Shown here: piece after piece, positions 41,620 to 57,832 of the stretch
Numbering within the stretch: the stretch's first letter is position 1
How the letters are laid out: every line of letters starts with the position of its first letter
Assembly: GCF_009914755.1 (NCBI RefSeq)
Contig: NC_060934.1
Source of the DNA: the human T2T-CHM13v2.0 reference genome, Homo sapiens
Length of the DNA: 64,000 bases
Reading direction: 5' to 3' (one strand)
Position numbers and translations under genes: made by a program
The notes under the pieces: generated by a model
What the model saw: the letters and a program-made list of their open reading frames with translations, nothing else
What the model was told of the DNA's origin: nothing
Databases searched by the model: none

Positions 41620-41917
41620 TTTTTTTTTTTTTTTTTTGAAACAGTCTTGCTCTGTCGCCCAGGCTAGAGTGAAGTGGCATGATCTCAGCTCACTGCAACC
41701 TCCGCCTCGTGGGATCAAGTGATTTTCGTGCCTTAGCCTCCTGAGTAGCTGCGACCACAGGTGCACGCCACCACACCTGGCTAACTTTTTGTATTTTTGG
41801 TAGAGACGGGGTTTCACCATGTTGGCCAGGGTGGTCTCGAATGCCAGACCTCAAATGATCCGCTCGCCTCGGCCTCCTGAAGTGCTGGGATTATAGGCGT
41901 GAGCCCCTGCACCCAGC
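41620..41917 (-). mobile_element. Alu (AluS-like)
   Basis: Poly-T plus full Alu. Confidence 0.93.
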
Positions 41918-42660
41918 CTTTCTGAGAATTTTCACAGGACATATGTCCAGCAGGCCTCGGCATTACCTTCTACTCCAGAAAATTCAGCTCAGAAGCCAAT
42001 GCTCCAGGAGAGGGTTTCCCAGAGCACACCAAGCAAGATTTAAGTGCCCTCTCTCTCTGAGCCAGCACAGGGTCCATCTCTCTGGGGGGTTGGTCCCCAC
42101 CAGACTGCAAGTACTGGGAGGGGATGGTTATCCCCTTGGCTCTGCAGCCAGCGGCTGCTGCAGAACACGTGTTGGACTAAATAAAGCTAGACTTAAATTC
42201 TGCCTTCACGTCGCAAGTTTACATCTGACACCAACAACGTAAGACCACCAGGGCCAGCACGCATTCTCAACATACTTTCCAAAGCTGGAAAAAAGCACAG
42301 CCAAGTCACTCAGAAAAGCCTCTCTTGATTTGGCTTCTGGATAAAAAAGAGTCTCCCTGTCGTGCCAGATGGGGTCAACTACTCGGTGAAAACAGAGGCC
42401 CATTCCACAGGCACCACTGCTGAGCCTCTGAGTTCCCAGGACAGGGCTGTCCGAGGACACAACACTGACAGCCATGTGCAGACCCCCGACCTGGGCGAGG
42501 ATACCGCCCTCTGAGACTCAGTCGCCTGTCTACAAAAAAGGAAAAGATACCACATTACCGTGACCATCTAGTCTAATGAAAATGCCACCAGGATCAAAGA
42601 CCATAACGCAAAGCCCTCTGTTTGCACCTTAGTCCGAACAAGCACCCAGGATACACTCGC

Positions 42661-43321
<661 letters not shown>

Positions 43322-45121
43322 TGAGGGGCTTGGGGAACATCTCAGGGAAGAAGCTGCACGGAGAACGGTCCAGTCATCCTTCTATTTCGAGCCAACAGCA
43401 GCCCCGTGGAAGGAAAGGTGACTAAATGAGAAGGAATGTGACTCAGAGGGAGGCGCTCTGGAGGCCTCTGTGCCTACCCCAGGAGGGGCTGGCCTCTAGG
43501 TGGAGTCCCTACCAGTCCGGAGGCTCCCGCCCAAACCTTCCCCATCCTCTCTGGGAAGGGAGGGCGTGAGGAGGTGGTCCCCTGGAAGCCACCTCCCCAG
43601 CCCTGAGGTTCACACCACCTCAGTCTCAGGGGTCCGGGGGTGGCCCCAGTTAAAACATGGGTTTCCAGACCAGTGAAGCACTCAGAAGCACAGCCCTTCT
43701 CCTTGCCCGTTCTGTGTCCCCTGGCAGAGGGTGGGTCTGGTATCTGTGTAGCAGGTCCTGACCCCACCCAAGCAGCAGCAGTGTCCCAGCACCCCCGCCT
43801 TCCTGACCCACCGGCACTCTTTCCCACCAAGACGCCTTGAGATCCCCAAAACACGTCTCCACTGCTGCCCCAAGTCTGCCCCCAAAGGTTTGGCCTTCGC
43901 CACCTGTTACTGCCCAGGCTTGACACACAGCCATGAGTTCCGCCGTCGCCACGTCAGCAGATCTCTGCCAATGTGTGCCTGCCCTTGAACATTTCCCCCA
44001 GCTCTAGGCAAACAAAGCCCTCTCCTTAGCAACAGCTCACTGGGCAAAACCCAAAGATGACCCGACCTGGCGCACCTCCAGCACTCCAGGTCTTGGCTCA
44101 TGACCATGGGACTGCGACAGAAATTACCTTCAACCCTCACGTCACCACCCATCACCCAAGCTGCGACACCAATACATCAGCAGGAGAAATGAGGCGGATT
44201 GCAAACAGCTGCCGAGTTCCAAGATAAAGAGTTTTATTTTGGTGGCTAAGGGGAAAAGTAGAGAAAAGCCGCCAACATTTTTACCAACAGCATAATTATA
44301 TGAGAGAAAACTCCCTCCTTTAAGATTCCTACGCTGCCCTGACAGCAATTTAAGCAGCTGAGAAAAGATGGTGAAGACAAAGTCATTACGGCAGGATCCC
44401 GTCTCCTTCCTGTACACACGCCTGACTCTCTGTAATGACAATGAAAGAAAGCTCTGCGGGCATATGGCAGGGGAGCCACCTCCGTGTGCAACAGCAGTTG
44501 CATCAAGTCTTTAGTGCAGGATTTAGCTGTCTTAAAGATCCTATTAACCAGAGACAATTTCCATCCCAGGCTCCAGGCAGAGCTGGGAGCTTTCCTTCAG
44601 AAACGAGGGCGAAGAACCTCCAACAGTAAGTTTTCTGCGGGCGCTGGAACTTCCAGCCCAAAGCCTTCAGCAAATCACTCCATGGGGAAATCTAGTCCTG
44701 TCAGCTTTAAACTGGCCACCTTGCATTAACAGGGACTCTCGCAGCTGGGGTGTGGGTAATCTCAATGCACAGCTCTGCTACTATATGAGTTCACTCAAAT
44801 GATCCCCTTGTTTCTGCTCTTATGCCTTCCAAGCCATTTTCCAGAGACACCCAGGAGGATTCTCACTGGAAACTGAAATGTGATCCTAGCCCAGTGTCTG
44901 GAAGCTCTCCAGCAACGCCCAGTGCCTTCGTGGTCAAGATCCGGGTCTGCCCTCACAGGGCCACAACCGCACTGGCTCCTGCCCTGGGTACAGCCCCTCG
45001 GCCTCCAGACCTTTCCCCAGATGCCCCATGGCTGGCCTCCTCCTGCCACGCCAATCTCAGCCTCCCCACAGAGAACCACTCCCTGTGTTCTCACCAAAGG
45101 GTCCCCTCAGTCCAAAGTATC

Positions 45122-45858
<737 letters not shown>

Positions 45859-46080
45859 ACATGCTCTCCACTTGACACTGAGAAAGCCAGGCCCTCAGGG
45901 AGGGGGCTCCGCCTCTAGAACACAAGTTCAGTGGGAGCGCGGCCACTGCACCTGCGGATCCTGAGGAACAGTCCACGACACACACGTGCGCCCACACACA
46001 CGATCTCTGAATGGATGGATGACTGAGTCTGAAGAGATCATGAGCCAGCCCTGATTCTTCAGCCCTAACTTCAACCTTGA

Positions 46081-46400
<320 letters not shown>

Positions 46401-46413
46401 CAAGGGACATTAC

Positions 46414-46516
46414 TTCTTAAGTACAGAAGCATCAGTGAAGGTCAGTGGCATGATGCGCTGGGCCGTCCTCCACAGGTTATTATAAAGAAGACATCCATGA
46501 GGACGAATGTCCACAC
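46414..46516 (-). ncRNA. internal exon, 103 nt
   Basis: Acceptor gtttcctggcag|GTGTGG; donor GAA|gtaatg; unique sequence. Confidence 0.6.
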
Positions 46517-46765
46517 CTGCCAGGAAACACTCCCCCAGTCCCCCTGAAGGGCAAAGGTCTGTCTTCCAAAGAGCCTGGGCCTGCTCCTTTTGTCATTCTA
46601 CTGGCCCAACACCCACTCACATGTCTCTCATCCCCCCACTTAGTCCTCATTTTCTCGAGTCCTTCAGTTTGACCAACAATCAGACCCCACATCTAGGAGT
46701 GTGCTGAATAACTCAGCTTTGTTTAAGCACAAGAGGTCTCTGGGATGCTTCAACGCCGACTCCCA

Positions 46766-46785
46766 CAGCATGCCACAACATGCCT
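46766..46785. promoter_or_regulatory. p53-family response element candidate
   Basis: CAGCATGCCA CAACATGCCT; zero spacer, two CATG cores, 3 outer mismatches. Confidence 0.45.
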
Positions 46786-49201
46786 TGTGGCCAGGCGGCC
46801 TGACTGCAGCTCACAGCATGTACATGCTCTCTCTCACTGGTGGACAGCTTATGTGGCTTTACAAATTTTCTTGATTTACAAGAACTGTGCTTCCTTGTCT
46901 CCCAACCCAGTTCTGCCCTCTGGAACCGGTTGCCTCCCCATTTCCTGGAACAATACTCCAAGGACAGGTGCTTCTTCTCTGGGCTCAGCAGCCTCGGGTG
47001 CCTGAGTTACTTTCCTGCACCGTCCATTCCCACCTCCTTCGGTGAGCTCTTCAAATGGTCAAGGCACAGCTCACATCCGGCCCTGGAATCTGACCCAGGA
47101 CGCCAGCCCACAGAGAACTGTCCAGGATGCTTGAGAGCCTATGGAGCCACCAAGAGCTAAACTGAAAAGGGACAAAAGATCACAGGAGATCCTGTCAAGA
47201 CAACTGTAACTGGTACGTACTGTGCGTCGGAGATACTGTACGATGTCATTCAAGAAGCTCACGGAACAGCACTGCAGTCGGCAGGAGTAACAACAGAACC
47301 AGGATAGTGGAAGGAAGTTGGCAAGGGGCGTGGACCGCTGTGGGGGATTCTAAAGAATGAAAAAGGGATGGGAGCGGGATGACCTGTGCAGTTAGTACAG
47401 ATGATAACCATGACCCCAAATCAAGAGTTATAAACATACAAAGAATGTCTCTTTACCACTCAAACGATGACAGGAGGCATCAAGGCAGCCACTTCTAATA
47501 CCCGCCATGCAAACTGAGGGTTTTCTTTGATGCTGCTGGTCATCACTCAATCAGCCTCAGAGCATGCCATTTATCAATCAATGCAATGGACAAGCTGAAA
47601 TCACCCCGGATAACCTCAGGATTGATCACTATTGCTCATTACCTTCTGAACTGCAGGGAATGAGTCCACATCACCTGAAAATGTCTCTCTCCTGGAAATT
47701 ACACAGTAAGTGTTTCCGTTGGCTAGAAATCAATAGCCCTACTCAACGCCTAACAATTGAGTTTTGTTAACGGGCATACAAAAAGAGGGCGAAGATCACA
47801 CCCTTCATACTTCCCACTTCTCACCACTGTGTAAACCCACCTGCCTTCAAGAACTGCACCAAATTCGGAGACCTAGTTGGGAGATGAATGCCCCAGAGCT
47901 CTCTGTCCTCCCAAAGAGAGTTTCATTATCAGTTCTTCCAAGCCAAAGATCAAGATGAGATAAATACCAAACAGAACCATTTCACTTTCTTCATGCATCA
48001 CGTGTGTCTTTTACTCTAGCTGGGATTCACAAATTCGGTTGCGAAGATATAAAATCAGTATCAGAGACACAAAAGCCATGTTCTAATTTCTTTAATAGGG
48101 TAAGAATAACATCTCTCACAAGTATATTTGTCACTTATGCCTCAAAACAAGCTGCGACCTACATAGTATTTCAGAGCCGTATGACATGCTGCAAACATTT
48201 TTTTACTTTAAAAGACGTGCTCTCGACAATAAATTTTAGGCGAGAATAAAAGTTGCTTTTTTCATAAGTGTAAAGGAAAACAAACATTACCAATGGGATT
48301 TTGTTTTTCAACATCTGGAGATTCTAAAGTACCAGAGGTTGACACAAAAACTTTAAATCAAAGTAATGAAAATGCCTGACAGAATCAGTGAAATTATTTT
48401 GTGAAAGAGCCGACCAAACTGGATGACAGTTGAACTTCCGAAGTCACGGTGTGGCTCAGGGGGAGCACAGGTGTCTAGGGGAGGGGTCAACCTGGAGCTA
48501 TTAAAGGACCCTTTTGTCAACCTAGAGCCTCCAAGAACAGTTTCTGGCCACTGTTTGGGCTGTTTCTCTTTCTGAGTCTACACATTTGCAAAGTGTGCAG
48601 ATCAGGCAGGCACAGCTCAAAGTGGCTGAACACACCCAGAAGGACCAGCCAGAGAATGTAAGATGTGCAGGCGAGAGCAGCTGGGGAGAAAAGGATGCTT
48701 CCAGGAGGCGGAAGCTGGGCAGCTTCCAGGACTGAACTACACATGCATTTCCTGCAGAGTCCTAGCTCAATCCTTGACACACAGCAGGGACTTAATAAAT
48801 GTCTGCTCCATAGCATACACTACTAGTATTTGCCATCCAGCTGACCAAGGGAATGGCCTAATGGGTGGGACCATGTCACAGGAGGGTTCTCATCTTGGCC
48901 TCTGTTGGCTCAGTTTCATATGCCCCTCCCCTGGAAGTCTGCACACTGATGTTGTCCTTGGGAACACTTCCGACTAGGCTGCACCCTTCGTGTTTGCTCC
49001 ACTGGTGGGAACCTGGGGGCCAAGGGGCCCCAGCAGTCAGCACCAATGCAATAGTCCTTGAAGATCACGGCCAAAGCTATACTTGCTCTGGACAGGTAAC
49101 TCCCCCTTTCATGGGCAGGGGTGGTAAAAGGAGCAAGCAGAAGCAAAAAGGAATTTTCCTCTAAAAACAGAATTGCTGAAAGGCACTTAATAGAGGGATA
49201 G

Positions 49202-49332
49202 GGGCCAGACACGGTGGCTCACACCTATAATCCCAGTACTTTAATAGGAAGAGGCTGCGGTGAGCCGAGATCATGCCACTGTACTACAGTCTGGGCGACA
49301 GAGAGTCCCTGGCTCAAAAAAAAAAAAAAAAA
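49202..49332 (+). mobile_element. Alu fragment with large internal deletion
   Basis: Alu 5' start joined to the 3' end and A tail. Confidence 0.8.
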
Positions 49333-49455
49333 GGTTGGGGGGATGGGATTTGGCTGAAACATGAAACAGTGAAATGCAAAGAATGTATCATAACTGAATA
49401 TGTATCATAAACTGAATTACAGACTTAAGATATTTTATGTTTATAAATGATTTCA

Positions 49456-50075
<620 letters not shown>

Positions 50076-50504
50076 TACATGGTTCTGCCAAAAGAGACAA
50101 TTGAAAAAACAAAGGATATGACTTAACACAAACCAAAACCATAGTAAGTACAGATTCCACTTAGGTAAAATCCTGGGTGTGCACACATGCCCAAAGGCAG
50201 TAAGAGGGAAAGAAAAGTATTGGAGAGGCCTACTGGTCTGCAGAGGTATCTATGCACAATCTGCCATATCGAATGGGAATGCAGGAGTAACAGGACTCCT
50301 TTCGGTAAGCCAACACAGACACCCTCCGTATGCTCAGATGCACTTGTACGTCCTGGTAAAGGCAAGGAGAAAGACAGTATCTGAGGACTGGGGAGGGAAG
50401 GTAATCAGCTCTGTCTTCGTAAATCTTGCATTGCACTGTTCCCCTCTTCAACAAATGCATGATTCCTTTGGAAGCATCAGGGTGACCAGCTATTTTATTC
50501 CCTA

Positions 50505-50822
<318 letters not shown>

Positions 50823-51200
50823 ATATATTCATTACAGAACATTTGGGGAGGAGGAGTGGGTATGGAAAAAAAAATCACCCAAAATTCTACCAACTAAAGA
50901 TAATCACTATGAACTGCTCCTCATCAGCTTTCCCCCATGATTATTTTTATGGTTCTATTCATAAATGTTCAACATTTGATATTGAAGCTTTTCATTTTAA
51001 GACAAGCATTCTACTTATTTCAAACTGTGAAGGCATCATTTGAAAAAGAATTAGCTGTTTTCCCACTGTTGGATGCTTGAGTCATCTGTCTTTTTGCTGT
51101 CAAGTAACACCATAACTAAAATCTTGGTGCATTAGAGCTTTCTTGGCATTGGGTGGGGAAGGGAGATTACTAGGTCAAAGAGCATGGTTTCCTTGTCTGA

Positions 51201-51521
<321 letters not shown>

Positions 51522-51729
51522 TGAAGATTCTAATGGATTACTTCATAGTCACAATCTATGACAGTAACTTATCTAACCTTCTTCCCACCCGCCACCAGCA
51601 AGTATGTGGGGACAGATCTGGACAGACACACACACGGGCATGGCGGCCTCATCCTACAGGGTTAGTTCCATAGTAGCAAGTCAGGCCCCGGGGGCAGTGG
51701 AGTAGAACAGAGTGGTGCCATCGGGAGGT

Positions 51730-51741
51730 GGTGACGTCACC
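51730..51741. promoter_or_regulatory. full palindromic CRE, GGTGACGTCACC
   Basis: Exact TGACGTCA with intact CpG, within a 12-bp palindrome. Confidence 0.4.
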
Positions 51742-53613
51742 AGGCAGCAGGTGTCCTGTCTCTGGATAAGCCCATGTTGGGCCACACTGTTTCTTCCAGA
51801 ACGTACCCAATGTGGGCACTGGCTTACGTTTAGGAGCAACGACTTCTACAACATGCCCAGTTACCACATGAGAGCGACACCCAGTGAGATGTTCACACAA
51901 AGCATGGCACACACAGCGCCAGGAAAACAGCCCGCCTTCTAGAGTGGGGGGGGGCAGCACGTGCTTCCTGAGTTTAACGGTGGCCCATGGCCCATCTCAG
52001 GACCCAACACCAGCCCCAACCGTTACGTGGTGCTTGAATGGCACTCAGAACGCGCACTCAGTGCCCAGCGACTCCAGACCCCAAGCTGACCGTTCTCTTT
52101 ACTGCCTCAGTATCTCAGCCCCCTTCATCTGCACTGTCCAAAGCCTGCTCAAGTATCAGAAGCTGTTTCCTTCGTCAGATCCATCCTGCGTGCTTTCTAC
52201 ATGAGCATCTTTAACCTCTAATGCTGGGCTGAAAACAACTCAGTGTTTTGGAAAGTTAAGTTTTCTACTCCAGCAATCTGAGGGTGGGGACATCCACAGG
52301 AACCCTGCGGCCCACAAGGAAAACAGAAGGCAGGCTTAATCACTGAATTCTCACTGAAGAATTCCAGCGGCCAAATGTCCTTTCTAATCCCGTGTGCTGT
52401 TCTGAGAGAACATTCTAGCCACTTCTTTGTATATGTGAAAACCACTGCAGCAGGTCCTATTTTGGGCAGATTTTCCACATTAAAAGGCACAATGGTTAAA
52501 ATGATCGTATGATACACCTCCCACCCACGACACTTTGTTTAATTCAAACTCAAATACCAAAGCAGGAGAGTCGACTGTTTACCACACTTGAATTTATAAA
52601 TGGCCTTCCTGCCCATCACCCAGGCTGCCCCACCCCCTCCCTTCTTTCGACACAGCTGGGTGGGAATGCAGTGACCTAATATCACTGGACAGATAATTCC
52701 TTGCCTTGGGGAAAGACTGGCAAAGCCCACGGCATCTGCCATTTCCAATCTACTCCTCGGAATGGTAAGTAGGGGCTTGTGCCAGGACGCTCAGGGGGCA
52801 GCACAGAACGCGCGCAACCGTGGCTGGAAGTGAAAATGTAAAAACCCTCCCACGGCCTCGCTGGGAGTCACTGCTCTGCATTGGAAAACCCGGGTGTTTG
52901 ATTCAACTAAATCATCTCAAAGCCTGCACTGGAGAAAATAATTGAATTAAAGAGTTGCTATAACTCATTCAAGTGAGATAAAAACCATCCAGTGGGAGGC
53001 GAGACGGCAAGGCAAAGACACTGCTGCTAGAATGTGCCGTCTTCTTGAGATTGCGAGGAGAAACGCAATATAATGTGGTTCAAAGGACAGATGGGACTTT
53101 CCTAATTGTCCCCAGATTCCTAGCAGCAGGGGTGGTAACTAAATGGTTTCAATTAAAAGTTAAAGAAACAGAGGAAAGCAGGCGGTAAGTTACGCCTGGT
53201 GCTGATAAGCCTCATTCGGATCAGTCTCAGGGATGCTTTGTCCTGATTTCAGACAGCCAAGTGTCAATGGCACACAAGTGGTGGAGCCATCCCAACATGT
53301 CACCCTGACAAGGTGACAAATAAATCTGTCTGTCAAATGCACTGTCATGAACACCCATGTGAGCATCATGGAGCCAAGCACCAGGCATGTGGCGACGGCT
53401 CAGAGCAGGGCCCTTCCATCTGCAATCAAGGAGAAAAAGGGACGGACGCAATCGCTAGAACACAGCCCAAGGAAGCAACGATGATGTGGGGGTTACGCAC
53501 CTCAGGGAGGACGCTCCACCTCTGACAACGGCTACAGGGTGGTTTCCGTGCCAAGCACGGTATGGCTCAAGTACAGTGTGACAAGGGCCATGGAATCAAC
53601 TTCTACCCCTTCA

Positions 53614-53812
53614 CCAGGGGCTCTCAAGCAGAGGACACTGGGCCCTATCTGGCGACATCTCTGGTCATGCCGGGGTGGGGAGGGAGGCAACACTGGCATC
53701 GGGTGGGGAGAGGCCAGGGATGCTGTTGAACATTGTATGATGCACAGGACAGCCCCCCACAATGAAGAACCACCAGACCCAAAATGTCAACAGTGCCAAA
53801 GTAGAAACTCCT
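53614..53812 (+). mobile_element. MER20 DNA transposon
   Basis: actggcatc..gaggccagggatgctg..atgcacaggacagcccc..cccaaaatgtcaacagtgcc. Confidence 0.8.
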
Positions 53813-56654
53813 GCCTTAAAGGAATCGTAAGTTGAAGTCTCTGAAGTTCCAAACTAGAAATGCTGAGAAATGGCTGGGGCTGATTACCGGCAATTTTTTT
53901 TTTTTTTTTAACCAACATAGGACATAAGCAATACGCTGAAAGGGACAAGTAAGTGCATCAAAAAAGCAGAACAGACGACGAGCATGGGGGTGGGCTCCAG
54001 CCTCTGAAGAAGCGCGGAGGAAGCAAGTGTGGCAGGGCTGGGTGGCGCTGTCCTGCGGATGCTGATTCAGAAGAAGCTGACCCACAGCCAAGTGTGGCTG
54101 AGGTGGAGCTGAGAACAGGAGGTCCCCTGAGGATGACTGCAGCCCCATCTTTTAGGGTAGGTCTCTCAACACACTCACAATTCCCATCCATGTCACTGCT
54201 CTGGGAGGAAGTTTGACACACACCTAGCAAACAGATCTTGGAAAAAATGAATCCCTAAATGTGAGAAGGTCTCTACTGACAAAGGCAAACAGAGGGGCGT
54301 AGGGTCCCAGAAAGCCAAGGTCAATGCCTAAGGCTCTGAATGCAAATACTCAGCATCCACCAGCCCAAACTCAGAAGGCAGCCCCAGCTACCACCAGGCT
54401 GCTCTGGAGTTACGCAGCCCAGCCACGCTTCCAAGGGATGTGGTCAAAACAGAAAGACCACCCAGCAAGGAGGGCAGGAGGAGCCTCATCTCACCACAGA
54501 AAAAGGGACGAAATGAACCTGGGAACAGCTCCGTTGGTGTTAGGGGTCACCAGGCCCCACCACCAGGAAAAGACAAGAACAGCCACTACCACATGCTCTG
54601 AGGACGCTAGTCCTTCTGGAACTGTGGGCCTCAGAAGGAAGCAGACTAAGATGCTCCTTCTTCCCACCAATACACCCCACGTCTGGGTGGCTCCTGATGA
54701 CTTTTCGATGTTGGCAGATGTTTTGTGATGTCCTGACCTCAAAACTAGGTGTGTACAGGGACAGGGCCTGGGGATTCAGGCTGGAGCAGACGCTGAGCTT
54801 TGCAGACAGCACAGTTTCTGTAGGAAGTAGTAGGTTTCTCACTGTTTACAAAAGCTCTGTGGTGACTCCAGGTTTAGGCTAAAGATGACCCCACTCAGGA
54901 TTCACTAAGCCTTGCTAAGGCCCAATGGTCATGAGGTGGGAGGCAGGGGAGTCCTTGCCTCTGCCAGGAAGTCCTGCCAAGTCTTCACCCCCTCGGCCCT
55001 AACGCAGCCGTTTCTAGGAAGCCCTATGAACTGTACACCCAAAGGCAAACCAGGAAGGGAGCGCAGGGAGTGGGGGCTCATCTCCTTTCCCTCCACTCCT
55101 TAATACTTAGGGGGTTATTCTTTTGTCCCCTTTGTCAAACACAAAAAAAGCAAAACACAGCACGCACATGGTTGAAATAAGACATGTTTGCATTCTTGTT
55201 CTAAGAACTCTGGCAACAAAATCCGAGTACTCAATTATGTAGCCCCACTATTAGTTAACACTTCATTACTATACTTCGTATTTCCTTTTCGTCTTTTTTT
55301 CTGAGAGTAGGTTAAAGAGAAAGAAGACAGTGAACTTTGCTGAACCTACCCCATGGGGAAAAAATGTCTCCAAGTTATGAAAAGTGAAAAAGAAAACAAA
55401 GATGCAAAATAACATAGTGATAAAATCTCTGCATGATTTGAGACTATCGCCTCATGAATCTAAAGCTGACTGATCAATACTTCCTATTTCCCAGCTCAGA
55501 AGTGGGACAACATCGCTACTCGACTAAACAGATGGCTAACCACAACCCAGTAAACCCCCTCCCTGCCGAAACAGTTACTGGACAGGAGAATGCAGGTTAT
55601 AGCACGTGGTCATTTACAAAACTAAAAGGTATGAAACTCTCTGCTGAGTCAGGTTGCCTAGACACAGCTCTAACACATTCTGTCACCTAAGATTATCATA
55701 TACATTAAGGTTTAAAAAAAAGCCAGCCAGCCCAGGTAAGAAATACAAAAGTCTACACGGCATGAAATAGCTCAAAGAGACTTGTTTGGTGGAATTAACT
55801 AGTGGTTTAATGGGGGGGTGGGGGGGAGATGTCTGATATACAAGAGTGCCCCAATTTCTTCCGAGAAATTAACATTTCAATCCTGTTTTTATCTAGAAGT
55901 CATTAAACTGTGCAACATGAATTATTGGAACTGTAGCAGCGAATTAACTCTATTCATCAACTAAGTCCAAACATTTTAGAGTGTATCTGTAATGAAAAAA
56001 TAGCTCTACATTTCTATCTCTTCTCATTAAAGTAAACCAGTTTTCCCTCTCTCAGTATATAAAACTGTCTTCTCTTCACATAATTTATATTACCATAAGC
56101 TGGCACACATTCTAAACTATTACATGCCTCCAATTAATTTTTGCAGCTTTTGCCTGAAAATTTAATGAGATAGTAGTGGATGAACCTGCTGACTCCAGAT
56201 TATGTGTGTGCTCCCAATATTAATGTTGGCACAATAAAATAATCTGATCCACACCTGACTCAAGCATTTCCCCTCGCTGGGGTATAAAGGTAATATGGAA
56301 ACCAGGTCCGCTCATTTCAGTCTTTTAAATCCAATTACAAAATTTACTAGTCTCAAATTAAACTGCTCCTACTCATCAACCTGGGAGAAAAGGAGAAAGC
56401 AGCAGCACAGTCTAATTATCCCAACACCATTTCTATCAACACTGCAGGGAACAGTTACAATGGATGACTATTTGTCTAAGGCCTCAGTTCTCTACCGTGG
56501 AGAAGTCACAAGCCGCACTCCTCAAAGCCAACCCAAGGAAGCCAGCGCAACCCCCGTGATGAGTACAGGGTACAAGGAAGCCTGTTCTCTGTCCCGCTGC
56601 TACAGGCGCGCCTTAGGTGCATGCCTCACGTGGGGTCCATACCATTCACAATTT

Positions 56655-56738
56655 GTACACGTGTGCATATCAGTGTGTCCATGTCAGATGTATGTGTGCA
56701 CACGTGTGAGCATGCACACGTGTGAGCATGTACATGTG
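56655..56738. repeat. degenerate alternating purine-pyrimidine (CATGTG/CACGTG-like) low-complexity tract
   Basis: Direct reading. Confidence 0.6.
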
Positions 56739-56860
56739 CCTGAGTTCAGATGAATAGGTGAGGGGCATTGGCAACTTGAAGTCTCAATGACAGGCCCTCT
56801 GTAGTTCCTACTTTTTGCCAAAGGGTTGAGGTACAAGCAGAAGGCAAAAAAGGCCGACGA

Positions 56861-57216
<356 letters not shown>

Positions 57217-57678
57217 TCAAAAAGTGCCTGCTATCCCCGTTTTCTTTTTTGCCAAGCACTGAGACGGTCCCAGCCATCAGTCCACAGGTGTGTGGACCCA
57301 GCACGTGTTCAGCTCTTGGAGTGAACGGAATGGAACTTAGGCAGACTACTCCCCAAATTCCATTCCCTCCCTAGGCTGCTAATGACAATGACACCCACAT
57401 ACACTAGCCCTGGTGGCTGAGAATATAGTAATATCAAGAGAATACACGGTACCCAGCTGCGTCTGGTATATGCGTGGTCCGTAAGGCATCACTTGGTTGA
57501 TGTGTGTTTAACAGCCCTTAGGAAGGCCAGGACCTGGGGATGAGCGGGCCATGCTTCCGAGGATGGGGGTTTATGTCCAAAGATGGCCAGAAGACCCCCC
57601 TATTTGTACCTGTGCCCTGCACCTTCACAGTGCCAATGACGCAGCCTGGGGCTGCTGCGGGTGAACAGAGAGAGAAAT

Positions 57679-57686
57679 GGGGGAGG

Positions 57687-57736
<50 letters not shown>

Positions 57737-57740
57737 CAGA

Positions 57741-57820
<80 letters not shown>

Positions 57821-57832
57821 GAGACAGAGAGA
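57679..57832. repeat. (GA)n/(GAGACA)n purine-rich microsatellite
   Basis: Direct reading, ~150 bp. Confidence 0.97.

Noticed and set aside
55164-55201. Second p53 element
   Set aside because: Only one perfect half-site; the partner half-sites are mismatched and spaced.
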